This document shows positions 27,735-38,851 of a stretch of DNA of 64,000 bases, piece by piece. This DNA is from Candidatus Omnitrophota bacterium (lineage in GTDB: Bacteria > Omnitrophota > Gorgyraeia > 2-01-FULL-45-10): assembly GCA_041648975.1 (NCBI GenBank), contig JBAZNZ010000005.1:10332-74331 (forward strand), given 5' to 3'. The number at the start of each line of letters is the position of its first letter. The first letter of the stretch is position 1. Under the pieces are notes generated by a model that was given only the letters and a program-made list of their open reading frames with translations, did no database searches and was not told the DNA's origin. Made by a program: the position numbers and the translations under genes.

Positions 27735-27840
27735 GGTATCCAGGACGATCGCCGACCTGGACCATAAGGACGTGATCGAAGCCCATCACATATCAGAGGC
27801 CATATCTTACAGGAGCCTGGACAGGAATTTGTGGGGCTAA
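27735..27840 (+). pseudogene. orphan duplicate of the comM 3' end (last ~32 codons plus stop)
   Basis: Encodes (K)[34 protein letters not shown], identical to the comM C-terminus apart from A to S. The DNA differs from 26645-26750 at about 20 positions, nearly all synonymous. Confidence 0.75.
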
Positions 27841-27874
27841 ATCTATGAATCTAACCAGGTTAGAAAGGAAGTAT

Positions 27875-29335
27875 TTATTTTGCCGGTTCGGCAAGGATCG
27901 CGTTCGATATTTCATACGTCTTGATCATCTTCAGGACAAGACGTTTTGGCACCTCGCCCCTGCCCCGCAAAAGATAATAATATTCACGGGCTGTTTCCAA
28001 ACCGTCAAGTTTCACCGGCTCCAACCATGTCATCCTGTTCCGCATTATGTAATAATTCACGCTCGGCTTGAACAGATGGTTTATTCCTATCCTGCATCTG
28101 CCGGGTATTTCCTTAGTTTGCATATTTATTTTGCAGATAGTACCCATGGCGTCTTTCGTCGACGCGTCGTATCTCCACTGATGGAAATAGCCGATATTCA
28201 GGCACAGCATGTTATGAACGAGCGCCGCGAATATCAAGATACAAAATACGCCCTTGTAAAGTACCCGGCAAACAACGTTTTTACCTCCATTGACATATTC
28301 CCACAATATCAGGAGAAAAATAATATACAACGGGACCAGGTATATCGCGATCCTGTCCGTTGGATATTTGATATCAAGAAAAAAGAATTGGGATTTTATG
28401 CATGCGGCAATGAGGAACAATATTGATGCCAGCGCCAGAAGATATCTGTTTAACGGTTCCGCCATTTTTTTATTCACATAATTAAAGAGCAAAATAATAA
28501 CTGCCGACGCAAACGATATGAAGATCACCGAATCTGTAAACCATATCATGTCAATATTCGCATATCCCTTTCCATAAAAATAATACCGCAGGATGCTGTC
28601 AACTGTATCGACCCAAAAACCCGCTGTTCCCCCATATTCCGCAACACCCTGAAAAATCGCTTTTAAGGCCGACGGCGGATATACGATCATCAAAAAAAGC
28701 GCCGCAATAACGACGGGAAACATTATTCTTATTATTCCTTTTATCTCAATAAAAAACATAACGGCGATTACCGCGATAAAGACATTTAAAAAGGACAGGT
28801 TAGACAATACAGCCAATGTCAGCATTGCAACAGACGCTGCATTATATCCTGTGTTCTTTCGGGTATCCCGGCATTCTATCCTCTTCAGTAAAAAATAAAG
28901 CGCCGCTGCGGTGAAGCCTATGCCGATGGAATAACCTCTGGCGCATGAGAAGAAATCGAGTAAAAAAGGATTTGACGCGGCCAGGAGGAAGCCGACAGCA
29001 AACCTTCCTCCCTTCAAAAACATTTTCAATATATTGAAAATGCTTACCAGATAAATGGCGTGCCCTGCCAGGGCCGGTATCCGTATAACGAATTCCGAAT
29101 TCCCGAAAAAGTGAGCAAGGACCTTGATAGCTAGCGTATTGAGCAGATGGTTATTTGATCCCACAGGGCCCTCGAAGGAAAAAATATGCTTCAGGCTGCC
29201 GCAGGAATGATACAGGTAAGTCCACGCCTCATCAAACGATAGAGACAGATTATATGCGCGCATGCAGGTATAGGCAAAAAAAGCCGCTCCCGCCAGGATG
29301 GCGATATTCTCATATAAGTCTCTTTTCCGTATCAT
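27875..29335 (-). CDS. GT-C family glycosyltransferase (GT39/GT83, ArnT/PMT-like)
   Basis: About 12 TM helices with an N-terminal loop DE motif (SFDEAWTY), typical of ArnT/PMT enzymes. Confidence 0.65.
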   Translation of the reverse strand: MIRKRDLYENIAILAGAAFFAYTCMRAYNLSLSFDEAWTYLYHSCGSLKHIFSFEGPVGSNNHLLNTLAIKVLAHFFGNSEFVIRIPALAGHAIYLVSIFNILKMFLKGGRFAVGFLLAASNPFLLDFFSCARGYSIGIGFTAAALYFLLKRIECRDTRKNTGYNAASVAMLTLAVLSNLSFLNVFIAVIAVMFFIEIKGIIRIMFPVVIAALFLMIVYPPSALKAIFQGVAEYGGTAGFWVDTVDSILRYYFYGKGYANIDMIWFTDSVIFISFASAVIILLFNYVNKKMAEPLNRYLLALASILFLIAACIKSQFFFLDIKYPTDRIAIYLVPLYIIFLLILWEYVNGGKNVVCRVLYKGVFCILIFAALVHNMLCLNIGYFHQWRYDASTKDAMGTICKINMQTKEIPGRCRIGINHLFKPSVNYYIMRNRMTWLEPVKLDGLETAREYYYLLRGRGEVPKRLVLKMIKTYEISNAILAEPAK

Positions 29336-29583
29336 CTATACCTGACCTTCATCGCTAATATCAAAAGTATAAAAAATAGCGTGACACAATTGGCTATGAT
29401 GATGGGGCGTTCGCCTATGGTTATACCGTATATCAGCCACAACAGGACCCCGAGAGAAAAAATAAGGAACATCAGTATAGACAGATCTTTGGCATTCTTG
29501 GTCTTATATATTTTTATTATCTGCGGTATGAAAGATATTGTGGTAAGAGTCCCGGCGATAATACCTATAGTGAAACTATCCAT
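29332..29583 (-). CDS. SemiSWEET / PQ-loop small membrane protein
   Basis: 83 aa, 3 TM helices, PQ motif (IPQIIKIYKTK). Confidence 0.7.
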   Translation of the reverse strand: MDSFTIGIIAGTLTTISFIPQIIKIYKTKNAKDLSILMFLIFSLGVLLWLIYGITIGERPIIIANCVTLFFILLILAMKVRYR

Positions 29584-29588
29584 ATGGC

Positions 29589-31145
29589 TTATCTCCTGAT
29601 ATAAAATAAATTCACGAACAGATAAAACACCGCCAGTAAAGCGCAGGCGTACGCAAAAAGGTCGCCATAGGCGGTATAGAAAGTCCTGGTGTTCGTCAAT
29701 ATCATCCCGTTAACCGCGACGCCGTTCACGAAGAGGTCCCTGCCGAGCTCCTCTACCCTTTTAACTATACGTCCCTTCTGGTCTATAAAACAGGATAATC
29801 CTGTATTGGCGGCCCTTACGACATTCAACCTGTTCTCGACGGCCCTGAATACGGAACTCTGGGCATGCTGGTAAGGCGCGCTCGTATTTCCGAACCAGGC
29901 GTCATTGGTGATGACTACCAAAAAGTCCGCGCCGCTGTGCGCAAATTGCCTGACAAGCCCGGGGAAGATATCCTCGAAACATATAAGGCAGGAAAAACTC
30001 ACCTTCTTTACCAGCCTCCTGACATAATCCTTATCTCTGGAGCTCCTCTGCGTAAATACCTTAAAGACCGTATAGTCTTTTCCTCCCCTGAAATCGCCTA
30101 TGGGGTTGGGAGCGAAATTTTCGACGAATGAGAGGATGCCTTTGAACGGCAGATACTCGCCGAACGGCACGAGATGGATCTTATCATACCGGCCTGAAAT
30201 CCCGCCTTCCTCATCGAATAATACAGCGCTGTTATAATACGCGTCAGGCAAAGCTGGATCTTCTCTTGGGGCGCCGACAAGAAGCGGTGTCCTGACCCCT
30301 TTGGCAAGAGCCTCTACGCGTCCAAACAGGTCGTGCTCACTCTCCAGGAATCCGGGCACCGATGTCTCAGGCCAGATTATCAAGTCAACTTCCTCTTTTG
30401 CCGCGTCTTTTGTAAGACTTTCGTACTTACCTAATATTTCCTGCCTGAAACTCGCGTCCCACTTCTCTGTCTGGGGAATATTGCCCTGCACGACGGCTGC
30501 ATTAAAAATTTCTCCCGTAAATATATTCTTTACCCTTATTATTCCGTATGCAAGCGAGACAAAAATAAGAATCAGCGCTATGCCCAGGATCGGCGACGAG
30601 TATTCCTTTTTCCGCAAGTCCTTTATGGTGAGAAAAATTGCCGCGTTGGCCATCATAACGAGAAAGCTCACCCCATAAGCGCCTGTGATATCGGCGATCT
30701 GTATAACGGGTAGGCAATTACTCTGGGAATGGCTTAGCAGGGCCCATCCGAAACCGCTGAAGACATTTGAACGGGTGAGCTCCAGCGCCACCCATGCCGC
30801 GGGCGCAAAAAATAATACCGCCAATGGTTTCGACCTTCCCATGACAAAGGAAAGCGCCGAGCCAAATAATGCGAAATATAGCGCAAGATAGGCGGCCACT
30901 ATGATCATGCCGGGAAGCGTCACATGGATAAGCCAGTAGATGGTCCCCAGGAAGAAAAGGAATCCGGTAATATAGGATATGAGGAATGACTTAAGCGGTT
31001 TCCGGCCGTCTATCGCGAAAAAGAGGGGCACAAACGCTATCCAGGCAAGAGGCCATAAATTGAAATTCGGGAATGCAAGTATTTGAAGAGATGCAGATAC
31101 TACGGCAAGTACAAGCTGAAGGCTTTTTCTCATTTTCCGCAGCAC
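29589..31145 (-). CDS. lnt: apolipoprotein N-acyltransferase
   Basis: N-terminal multi-TM segment plus a C-terminal CN-hydrolase domain; 518 aa. Confidence 0.9.
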   Translation of the reverse strand: MLRKMRKSLQLVLAVVSASLQILAFPNFNLWPLAWIAFVPLFFAIDGRKPLKSFLISYITGFLFFLGTIYWLIHVTLPGMIIVAAYLALYFALFGSALSFVMGRSKPLAVLFFAPAAWVALELTRSNVFSGFGWALLSHSQSNCLPVIQIADITGAYGVSFLVMMANAAIFLTIKDLRKKEYSSPILGIALILIFVSLAYGIIRVKNIFTGEIFNAAVVQGNIPQTEKWDASFRQEILGKYESLTKDAAKEEVDLIIWPETSVPGFLESEHDLFGRVEALAKGVRTPLLVGAPREDPALPDAYYNSAVLFDEEGGISGRYDKIHLVPFGEYLPFKGILSFVENFAPNPIGDFRGGKDYTVFKVFTQRSSRDKDYVRRLVKKVSFSCLICFEDIFPGLVRQFAHSGADFLVVITNDAWFGNTSAPYQHAQSSVFRAVENRLNVVRAANTGLSCFIDQKGRIVKRVEELGRDLFVNGVAVNGMILTNTRTFYTAYGDLFAYACALLAVFYLFVNLFYIRR

Positions 31146-33886
31146 TTTTTATATTTTTTACCGCTCCCGCACGGGCAAGGCTCATTCCTTCCGACTTTAG
31201 GCTCTTCCCTTTTATAAGTCGGCACTTTCTCCTGCGGCAATTGTCCTTCATAAGGCCCGGTAAAAGATCCCCCTTCCGGAGATTGCGATAACGGCACGTC
31301 CTGGAATTGCGCCTTCTCTTCATGCATAGTATTCTGCTTGCTGAGATCGAATACAGCCGCTTCCTTCTCTTCCTTCACTGCCTTTATCTTGAAGAGGTAC
31401 TCCAGCGTCTCTTCTTTAATCCTCTCTATCATGTCCATGAACATGGAGTAAGCCTCATGCTGGTATTCCACCAGTGGATCGCGCTGGCCATACGCCCTTA
31501 ATCCTATGCCTTCTTTCAGGCTGTCCATGGCATACAGGTGGTCCTTCCATCTCGAGTCGACGACCTGAAGAAGTATCATCTTTTCCAGGTACCTGGCCAT
31601 CTCGCTGCCTAAAGCGGTTTCCTTCTCTTCGTAACGCTTTTTCATCAATTCCAGGACCGCATCCTTGACCTCGGGTATCCTCATCTCCTCCATGTTAAGT
31701 TCGTTCGTCTTGATAGAGAACCTCAGCTCGACATACTGCCTGAACCCGTCGTAATCCCATCTATCGGCGCTCACCTTTTCATTGAGGTATGTATCAACAG
31801 CTCTGTCGAGCACCTCTTCCATTATCTCATAGATATATTCCTTGAGGTCCTTCCCCGATAATATCTTTTTCCTCTCGTCGTATATGACCTCGCGCTGCCG
31901 GTTCATAACGTTGTCGTATTCCAGAAGGTGCTTCCTTATCTCAAAGTTATGCTGTTCCACCCTCTTCTGCGCGGTCTCAATAGCCTTCGTGATAAACGGA
32001 TGTTGTATGTCCTGTCCTTCCTCCATCCCGAGCTTGTCCATTATGAGTTTTATCCTGTCCGAACCGAATATCCTCATCAGGTCGTCTTCCAGGGACATAT
32101 AGAACTTGCTCGAACCGGGATCGCCCTGCCTGCCGGATCGTCCGCGCAACTGGTTGTCTATGCGTCTTGCTTCATGCCTCTCTGTGCCCAGGACATGAAG
32201 GCCGCCTTTTTCCGCTACATCGTCGCCCAAGACTATATCCGTTCCTCGGCCGGCCATATTCGTAGCTATAGTGACGGAATACTTCTGTCCCGCGTTCGCT
32301 ATTATCTGCGCTTCCTGTTCGTGGTATTTTGCGTTCAGGACATGATGCGGGATACCCATCTTTTTCAGGAAATTGCTTAAGGTCTCTGATTTCGATATAG
32401 AGATCGTACCGACCAGGACGGGCCGGCCTATCTTATAAAGCTCGGCTATCTCCGCGCACGCGGCGTTGAACTTCTCTCTCTCTGTCTTATATATTACATC
32501 GGGGTGATTAGTCCGGCTCATAGGCTTGTTCGTAGGCATTACTACTACGTCGAGGCCGTATATCTTCGCGAATTCCGCGGCTTCAGTCTCCGCGGTGCCT
32601 GTCATGCCGGCAAGCTTCCGGTACATCCTGAAATAATTCTGGAATGTGATGGTCGCAAGCGTCTGGTTCTCCCTCTCGATCTTAACGCCCTCTTTCGCCT
32701 CAACTGCCTGATGGAGGCCGTCCGACCACCGCCTGCCCGGCATAAGCCGGCCGGTAAATTCATCCACTATGAGGACTTCCCCGTCTTTGACGACGTAGTC
32801 TACGTCATTCTTATACAGGACGTGGGCCCTTATGGCCTGCCGTATGTGATGTTCCCATTCCGACTGGATATCGTCATATAGATTTTTAACGCCGAGCATC
32901 TCCTGGCACCTGACAACGCCTTCCTCGGTAAGATTTGCGGTATGGTTCTTCTCGTTGACTATATAATCTATGCCCTTCTCTATGTCCAGCCCCTTATGCT
33001 TGGCCTCGATCTCTTCTTTGTCCGTTATTATCTTGCCTTTCAATTTCGGGACTATCTTGTTGATGATATAATATTTGTCCGTCGATTCCTCGGCGGGACC
33101 GGATATGATGAGCGGCGTCCTGGATTCATCGATCAGTATGGAATCGACCTCGTCTACGATCGCGTAGTTAAGCGGCCTCTGGACCATCTCCTGTTCGCTG
33201 ACCACCATATTATCCCTCAGGTAGTCAAAACCGAATTCGTTGTTCGTGCCGTATGTGATATCGCAGGCGTATGCCGCTTTCCTGTCCCTGGGATGCATAT
33301 CGTGCTGTATGACGCCGATCGTCAGCCCCAGGAATTCGTATATGGGCCCCATCCAGTTCCTGTCCCTCTTCGCGAGGTAATCGTTCACCGTCACGACGTG
33401 CACGCCTTCGCCGGTTAACGCGTTCAGGTATACCGGAAGGGTAGCGACAAGGGTCTTCCCTTCGCCTGTGGCCATCTCGGATATCTTTCCCTGGTGAAGG
33501 ACGAGCCCGCCCATCAGCTGGACATCAAAATGGCGCATCTTCACGGTCCGTTTCGCGGCTTCGCGCACTACCGCGAACGCCTCCGGTAATACGCCCTCAA
33601 AGATCCTGTTCTTTGAATCGCGCAGCTTTCTCTTGAGCTTCTCCTTTTCATCGGGCGAAGTGGAACTTAAGAATATCTCCTCCAATCCTTTTATCTCATC
33701 CGCGAGCTCTTCGCGGGCCCTGGTTATCCTTGCTCTGAATTCGTCTGTCTTGGCGCGCAGCTGGGTGTCGGACAGTTTGGAAACGGCCTCTTCATGAGAG
33801 TTTATCGCGTCTACTGTCGGCCGCAGGACCTTCACGACCCGTTCATTTTGGGTACCTATTATTTTCTTAAGAATAAAATTGATCAT
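31130..33886 (-). CDS. secA: preprotein translocase ATPase SecA
   Basis: DEAD-like motor domains and a C-terminal zinc finger ([15 protein letters not shown]); 918 aa. Confidence 0.97.
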   Translation of the reverse strand: MINFILKKIIGTQNERVVKVLRPTVDAINSHEEAVSKLSDTQLRAKTDEFRARITRAREELADEIKGLEEIFLSSTSPDEKEKLKRKLRDSKNRIFEGVLPEAFAVVREAAKRTVKMRHFDVQLMGGLVLHQGKISEMATGEGKTLVATLPVYLNALTGEGVHVVTVNDYLAKRDRNWMGPIYEFLGLTIGVIQHDMHPRDRKAAYACDITYGTNNEFGFDYLRDNMVVSEQEMVQRPLNYAIVDEVDSILIDESRTPLIISGPAEESTDKYYIINKIVPKLKGKIITDKEEIEAKHKGLDIEKGIDYIVNEKNHTANLTEEGVVRCQEMLGVKNLYDDIQSEWEHHIRQAIRAHVLYKNDVDYVVKDGEVLIVDEFTGRLMPGRRWSDGLHQAVEAKEGVKIERENQTLATITFQNYFRMYRKLAGMTGTAETEAAEFAKIYGLDVVVMPTNKPMSRTNHPDVIYKTEREKFNAACAEIAELYKIGRPVLVGTISISKSETLSNFLKKMGIPHHVLNAKYHEQEAQIIANAGQKYSVTIATNMAGRGTDIVLGDDVAEKGGLHVLGTERHEARRIDNQLRGRSGRQGDPGSSKFYMSLEDDLMRIFGSDRIKLIMDKLGMEEGQDIQHPFITKAIETAQKRVEQHNFEIRKHLLEYDNVMNRQREVIYDERKKILSGKDLKEYIYEIMEEVLDRAVDTYLNEKVSADRWDYDGFRQYVELRFSIKTNELNMEEMRIPEVKDAVLELMKKRYEEKETALGSEMARYLEKMILLQVVDSRWKDHLYAMDSLKEGIGLRAYGQRDPLVEYQHEAYSMFMDMIERIKEETLEYLFKIKAVKEEKEAAVFDLSKQNTMHEEKAQFQDVPLSQSPEGGSFTGPYEGQLPQEKVPTYKREEPKVGRNEPCPCGSGKKYKKCCGK

Positions 33887-33897
33887 ACGTTATCCTG

Positions 33898-35002
33898 TTA
33901 CGCAACCTTTCCTTGTCTCCACTTCAAATACGCCTCTATAAACTCATCGAGCTCGCCGTTAAGGACGGCCTCGGCCTTGCCCGTCTCATAACTTGTCCTG
34001 TGGTCCTTTACCATCGAGTAAGGATGAAGTACATAAGACCTGATCTGGCTTCCCCATGCGATCTCCTTTTTAGCGTCGTAAGCGTTCTCAATCTCTTTTG
34101 CCTTCTTCATCCGTTCTTTTTCATAAAGTTTTGCCTTTAATATCTTCATCGCCACAGATTTATTCTTGAGCTGAGACCGCTCGTTCTGGCACTGGACGAC
34201 TATCCCCGTCGGCATGTGCGTTATCCTTACGGCGGAATCGGTCTTGTTGACATGCTGGCCGCCCTTGCCGCCGGCGCGGTATGTGTCTATCTTAAGCTCC
34301 GCTTCTTTTACATCCACCTGTATGTCATCCGATATCTCCGGGATGACGTCTATGGACGCGAAAGAGGTATGCCTCCTCTTATTTGAATCAAAAGGCGATA
34401 TCCGCACAAGGCGGTGTACGCCCGACTCCGACTTTAAATATCCGTAGGAATATTCGCCCTTCACCAGCATGGTCGCGTTCTTGATGCCGGCCTCTTCACC
34501 GGAAAGCTGGTCGGTCACGCTGATCTGGCGGCCCCTGGCTTCAGCCCATTTAACATACATACGCAGGAGCATCGCCGCCCAATCACACGACTCGGTTCCG
34601 CCCGCGCCCGCGTTGACGCTCAGGATGGCATTATTCTTATCGGTTGGATCGTTTAAGAGGGTCTTGAACTCAAGGTCGTCTATCTTGCGCCTGAGCTTGG
34701 ATATGTCCTTTTTGAAATATTCGAGAGATTCCGCGTCCTCCGGCCCCGCGATCCCGATGACATCTTTCATCTCCTTAAGCTCTTTTTCGATGTCCGCCAC
34801 CGGTTCCGTGACCGTCTTCAGGTCTTTCAGCTCCTTAAATACCTCCTTAGACCTCGATTCATCATTCCAAAATTCGGAACCCGACGCTTCGCCTTCGAGG
34901 ACCTTGGCCCTTGACATCTTTTTATCAACGTCAAAGATACCTCCGCAGATCCCTCATCTTCTCTTCCAGAAACTTCAGTTCTTCAAATATCTCTTCTATC
35001 AT
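33898..35002 (-). CDS. prfB: peptide chain release factor 2, produced by a programmed +1 frameshift
   Basis: Frame-0 leader MIEEIFEELKFLEEKMRDLRRYL ends at CTT TGA C (complement 34930-34936), preceded by an internal SD GGAGG. The +1 frame continues DVDKKMSRAKVLE... through SPF and GGQ motifs. Confidence 0.9.
34930..34945 (-). promoter_or_regulatory. prfB programmed +1 frameshift site
   Basis: Minus strand GGAGG TAT CTT TGA C: internal SD, 3-nt spacer, the CUU codon, then in-frame UGA. Confidence 0.85.
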
Positions 35003-35158
35003 TAATTCCTCGCAATATCCAAGGTGTAATTAAGCGATTCTGAAGTAAGATAAACTTGGCGATTAAGTAATTAAGTCGTGCTTAATCGCTACGCGTATTC
35101 TACCAGCAGAATCGCTAAGCGGGTCAGACTGGCAAATCGCTTAATCACCTGCATGTCG

Positions 35159-35491
35159 CTATACTGGATTATAACAATGTTTTCCGTTGCCGTCAATGGC
35201 TTCACGCCTAAGCAGCCGCGCTTTCATGGCAGAGCCCTTAGCATACCCGCCTATAGAGCCGTCCGACTTTATGACACGGTGGCACGGGATCTCGCCCGGG
35301 TAGGGGTTCTTATTGAGCGCATTGCCTACAGCCCTGCAGGCTCCCGGCGCAAGCGCCTCTTTTGCGACCCATTTGTATGTCCTAACCTCGCCGGACGGTA
35401 TCCTGCATACAGCCCTGTAAACCCTCTTTTCGAATTCACTGAAATCTTTATCTTTTAAAATATCCGATAACGCTCCGCGCCGATCTTTCAT
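35159..35491 (-). CDS. ogt: methylated-DNA-protein-cysteine methyltransferase-like protein (MGMT DNA-binding domain with a PCHRV active site)
   Basis: PCHRV motif and HTH-like wing; 110 aa. Confidence 0.75.
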   Translation of the reverse strand: MKDRRGALSDILKDKDFSEFEKRVYRAVCRIPSGEVRTYKWVAKEALAPGACRAVGNALNKNPYPGEIPCHRVIKSDGSIGGYAKGSAMKARLLRREAIDGNGKHCYNPV

Positions 35492-36926
35492 CTATGCCTT
35501 TCACCTGTAAAAGCTCATCAAGGCTTGCCGCCTTTATCCTGTCCACCGACCCGAAATGATTGATAAGCAGTCTTTTGCGTTTTGATCCTATCCCGCTTAT
35601 AGCATCGAGTTCAGACGCCTCTATCTTCTTAGACAACAGACTCTTATGATAAGTTATCGCGAACCTATGGGCCTCATCCCTTATCCTGTCCAGCAGATGG
35701 AGCGTCTTTGACTCCTTAGGAAGCGTAACGGGTTCCTTCCTGTCTTTCAGGTAAATATGTTCGGATTCGCCGCCTGAAGGCCTGCGCTCCGCAGGGCGGA
35801 CCTGCCCACCTGCAAGTGCTTCCCTTTTGGGCAGGCGGGCCTGCTTTGCTATGCCGATAGCCGGTATCCGGGAGAGCCCGAGTTTTTCAAGCTCATCCAA
35901 GACAGCCGAAAGGTGCCCCTTTCCGCCGTCTATAAGTATGAGGTCCGGCAGGCCTTTCATCTCCCGCAAAAGCCTCGAATATCTCCTGCGCACCAGTTCG
36001 CGCATCATCGAGTAATCGTCTATCGCATCGACCGTCTTTATCCTGAACTTCCTGTATTCGTTCTTCCTGGGCCTTCCTTTGTAGAAATATATCATCGAAC
36101 CGACAGCGGACTTTCCCATTATGTTTGAAACGTCGAACGCTTCTATCACATCGAGCGGCCCTTTCACATCCAATATATTCTTAAGCTCTTCTATCTCCCC
36201 CGATGGCGCGTAATCGACCGCCTTTTCTCTTATAGAGCCGAGCGCCTCAAGCCTAATCTTGATCCGGGCGGCCTCCTCGAACCTTTCGGCCCTTGAGGCT
36301 TCAGCCATCTTTTTCGATAACAGCGATAGAAGCTCCGGCCTCTTGCCCTCCAAGAACATCTTCAATTCCGACACGATCTCGCCATAACCGGAATCGTCTA
36401 TCTTGCCTTCGCACGGCCCGAGACATTGTCCGATATGATAATAGAGGCATACACTTTTGGGAAGCTTGCCGCAGCTTCTTAAAGAAAATACCTGGCGCAG
36501 ACCCAGTAAAGCCTGACGCAGCAGCGTAGCGTCGCTGTAAGGTCCGTAATATATGCTCCCGTCATCCTTCTTCTGCCTGGATATGAAAAGACGCGGATAT
36601 TTTTCATTGATCGTCAACTTGAGCATGGGATAACTCTTATCGTCCCTGAGCGCCACGTTATATTTCGGGGCCAGCTGCTTTATGAGGCTGTTCTCATATA
36701 TCAGAGCCTCTGCCTCTGTGGACGTAGGGATACAGGAGATATCCCTGACCTTATCTACCATGATCTCGATCCTCTCCTGCAGCCGCCGGCTCGGCCTGAA
36801 ATAAGATGAGACCCTTTTACGCAGGCTTGACGATTTGCCCACATACAGGACTATGCCGGATCCGTCCTTCATTAAATATACGCCCGGGGTGTCCGGGAGG
36901 GTTTTTATCTTCTCTTTGATGTCCAT
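35448..36926 (-). CDS. uvrC: excinuclease ABC subunit C
   Basis: GIY-YIG N-terminus (GVYLMKDGSGIVLYVGKS), UVR domain, C-terminal HhH. Confidence 0.85.
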   Translation of the reverse strand: MDIKEKIKTLPDTPGVYLMKDGSGIVLYVGKSSSLRKRVSSYFRPSRRLQERIEIMVDKVRDISCIPTSTEAEALIYENSLIKQLAPKYNVALRDDKSYPMLKLTINEKYPRLFISRQKKDDGSIYYGPYSDATLLRQALLGLRQVFSLRSCGKLPKSVCLYYHIGQCLGPCEGKIDDSGYGEIVSELKMFLEGKRPELLSLLSKKMAEASRAERFEEAARIKIRLEALGSIREKAVDYAPSGEIEELKNILDVKGPLDVIEAFDVSNIMGKSAVGSMIYFYKGRPRKNEYRKFRIKTVDAIDDYSMMRELVRRRYSRLLREMKGLPDLILIDGGKGHLSAVLDELEKLGLSRIPAIGIAKQARLPKREALAGGQVRPAERRPSGGESEHIYLKDRKEPVTLPKESKTLHLLDRIRDEAHRFAITYHKSLLSKKIEASELDAISGIGSKRKRLLINHFGSVDRIKAASLDELLQVKGIDERSARSVIGYFKR

Positions 36927-38443
36927 GCGATAAAGTCTCTTGCCTCCTTGACGTTAAACAAAAAACAGGCCGCGAAAAAAACCATACCTCCTATCAACAA
37001 GGAGACGATAAGGCTGAAAATACCGAAATCGGCCGTCCTGACGACAAATATCTTTACTGCAACTCCCATAGCGACAGACGCATACAATACCCGGAGGAAA
37101 GAATCTACTATGCTCCTGGTCCCGAAATCGCCCAGTTTCTTCCTGAGGAGGATAAACAGGGCCACGAAATTGAATGTGGCCGATATCGACGTGGCAAGCG
37201 CCAGTCCGCCCAACTTCAGATGCCGCATAAGAGCGAGGCTCAGGATGATGTTTATTATAACGGCCGCAAATGCCGTCTTCACCGGAGTCATGGTGTCGTG
37301 CATGGAATAAAAAGAGGTGACAAGGAGTTTTACTCCTCCGTAAGCCAGCAGCCCGAATGAATAATAGAAGAGCGCGCTTTGCGTAATGGCTGTAGAGTAA
37401 GAAGTAAATTCGCCTCTTTCAAAGAGTATCCTTATTATGGGCTCACCCAGGACCGCAAGGCCTATCCCGGAAGGCACCATTATCAGGAATACCATCCTGA
37501 GCGAAAAACACAAAGTATCTTTGAACCTCTCAATGTCATTTTTTGCGAATTCCTCGCTCATCTTCGGGAGAGCCGCCTGGGCGAGCGCGATGCCGAATAT
37601 CCCGAGCGGGAATTGTATAAGCCTGTTGGCGTAATAAAGGGCCGCGACGCCGCCGGAGCCGACTATCCATGCCAACGAGGCTAATATTGTGTCGACAAAT
37701 ATATTTATCTGGTATACGGCTGTGCCGATCGTCCTCGGGACGAGCAATCTGCCTATCCTCGAAACAGCCGCGTGACGGAAACCCTCCTTAAAATCGATCT
37801 TTATCCCGTTCCTGTACAGGAACGGGATATTCAATCCAAGCTGGAAAACCCCGCCTATGAGCACGCCTATCACGAGCCCCATAACACCTATCCTGGGACA
37901 GAACCAGACAGCCGAACCTATGAGCGCGATATTTAAAAGCGCCGGACCGAACGCGGGACCGGCAAAGTGTTTCATGGCGTTCAATACACCCATCGAATAC
38001 GCTGTTAGGCCTATAAGTATGAGATATGGGAATATCACCCTGTTCAGGGTCACGGTGAGATTGAATTTGTCCGGCTCTGCGGTAAACCCGGGCGCAATAA
38101 GCCGGACGATCACGGGCGAAAATAATATACCGAGGATCGTGAGAACGGAAAGGACTACGAACGAGATATTGAACAGTATTTTGGATACACGTAAGAACTC
38201 TTTTTCATCGTTAAGCGACCTGTATTCTGTAAGCACGGGCACTATAGCCGAATTAGTCGCTCCTTCTCCGACAAGGTCCCTGAGGCTGTTAGGTATCCTG
38301 AAAGCCACTACGAATGCTTGAGCACCGAGGCTAGTCCCGAAGTAATTCGCTATTACTATATCCCTTACGAAGCCAAGGCCCCTGGATAAAGCGGTAGCTA
38401 TGCCTATTACACCCGTTGATTTTATAAGAGTGGCTTTGCTCAC
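36905..38443 (-). CDS. murJ: lipid II flippase MurJ
   Basis: 14-TM MOP-superfamily protein with a MviN-family N-terminus (GLGFVRDIVIANYFG). Confidence 0.9.
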   Translation of the reverse strand: MSKATLIKSTGVIGIATALSRGLGFVRDIVIANYFGTSLGAQAFVVAFRIPNSLRDLVGEGATNSAIVPVLTEYRSLNDEKEFLRVSKILFNISFVVLSVLTILGILFSPVIVRLIAPGFTAEPDKFNLTVTLNRVIFPYLILIGLTAYSMGVLNAMKHFAGPAFGPALLNIALIGSAVWFCPRIGVMGLVIGVLIGGVFQLGLNIPFLYRNGIKIDFKEGFRHAAVSRIGRLLVPRTIGTAVYQINIFVDTILASLAWIVGSGGVAALYYANRLIQFPLGIFGIALAQAALPKMSEEFAKNDIERFKDTLCFSLRMVFLIMVPSGIGLAVLGEPIIRILFERGEFTSYSTAITQSALFYYSFGLLAYGGVKLLVTSFYSMHDTMTPVKTAFAAVIINIILSLALMRHLKLGGLALATSISATFNFVALFILLRKKLGDFGTRSIVDSFLRVLYASVAMGVAVKIFVVRTADFGIFSLIVSLLIGGMVFFAACFLFNVKEARDFIAWTSKRR

Positions 38444-38503
38444 CCTTCACCTTCTCCTAATGTCCTGCCCTTCTTTAGAAGGTGCAGGACTAATAGTTTT
38501 AGA

Positions 38504-38532
38504 TTGACCTTTAAAGGATTAAATGATACAAT
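38504..38532 (+). promoter_or_regulatory. sigma70 promoter of rpsT
   Basis: TTGACC-N17-TACAAT, about 35 nt upstream of the TTG start. Confidence 0.65.
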
Positions 38533-38566
38533 TTGTTCCTTAGTAATAACAAAAAGGAGAACTAAA

Positions 38567-38851
38567 TTGCCAAGAAAAAAAGCAGCCTACAAGGCTATCA
38601 GGAAATCGAAACTGCGCCGCTTCAAGAACATATCGACAGTCTCTGAATTAAGGAGCTTATCGAAAAATTTTGAGAAGTTCATCTCCCAAAAGAAGCTCGA
38701 TGAGGCCAAGAAGATGATCGGTACGCTCGTCTCAAAAATAGACAAGGCCGCTTCAAAAGGAGTAATAACAAAAAATAACGCTTCCAGGAAAGTCGCCCGC
38801 CTTATGAAGAAGCTCTCGTCGCCGGAAAGGTCCCGCCCGGACTCAAACTAG
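38567..38851 (+). CDS. rpsT: 30S ribosomal protein S20 (TTG start)
   Basis: PRKKAAYKAIRKSKLRR...; RBS AAAGGAGA 6 nt upstream of TTG. The ORF track's upstream extension is unlikely to be real. Confidence 0.85.
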   Translation: MPRKKAAYKAIRKSKLRRFKNISTVSELRSLSKNFEKFISQKKLDEAKKMIGTLVSKIDKAASKGVITKNNASRKVARLMKKLSSPERSRPDSN

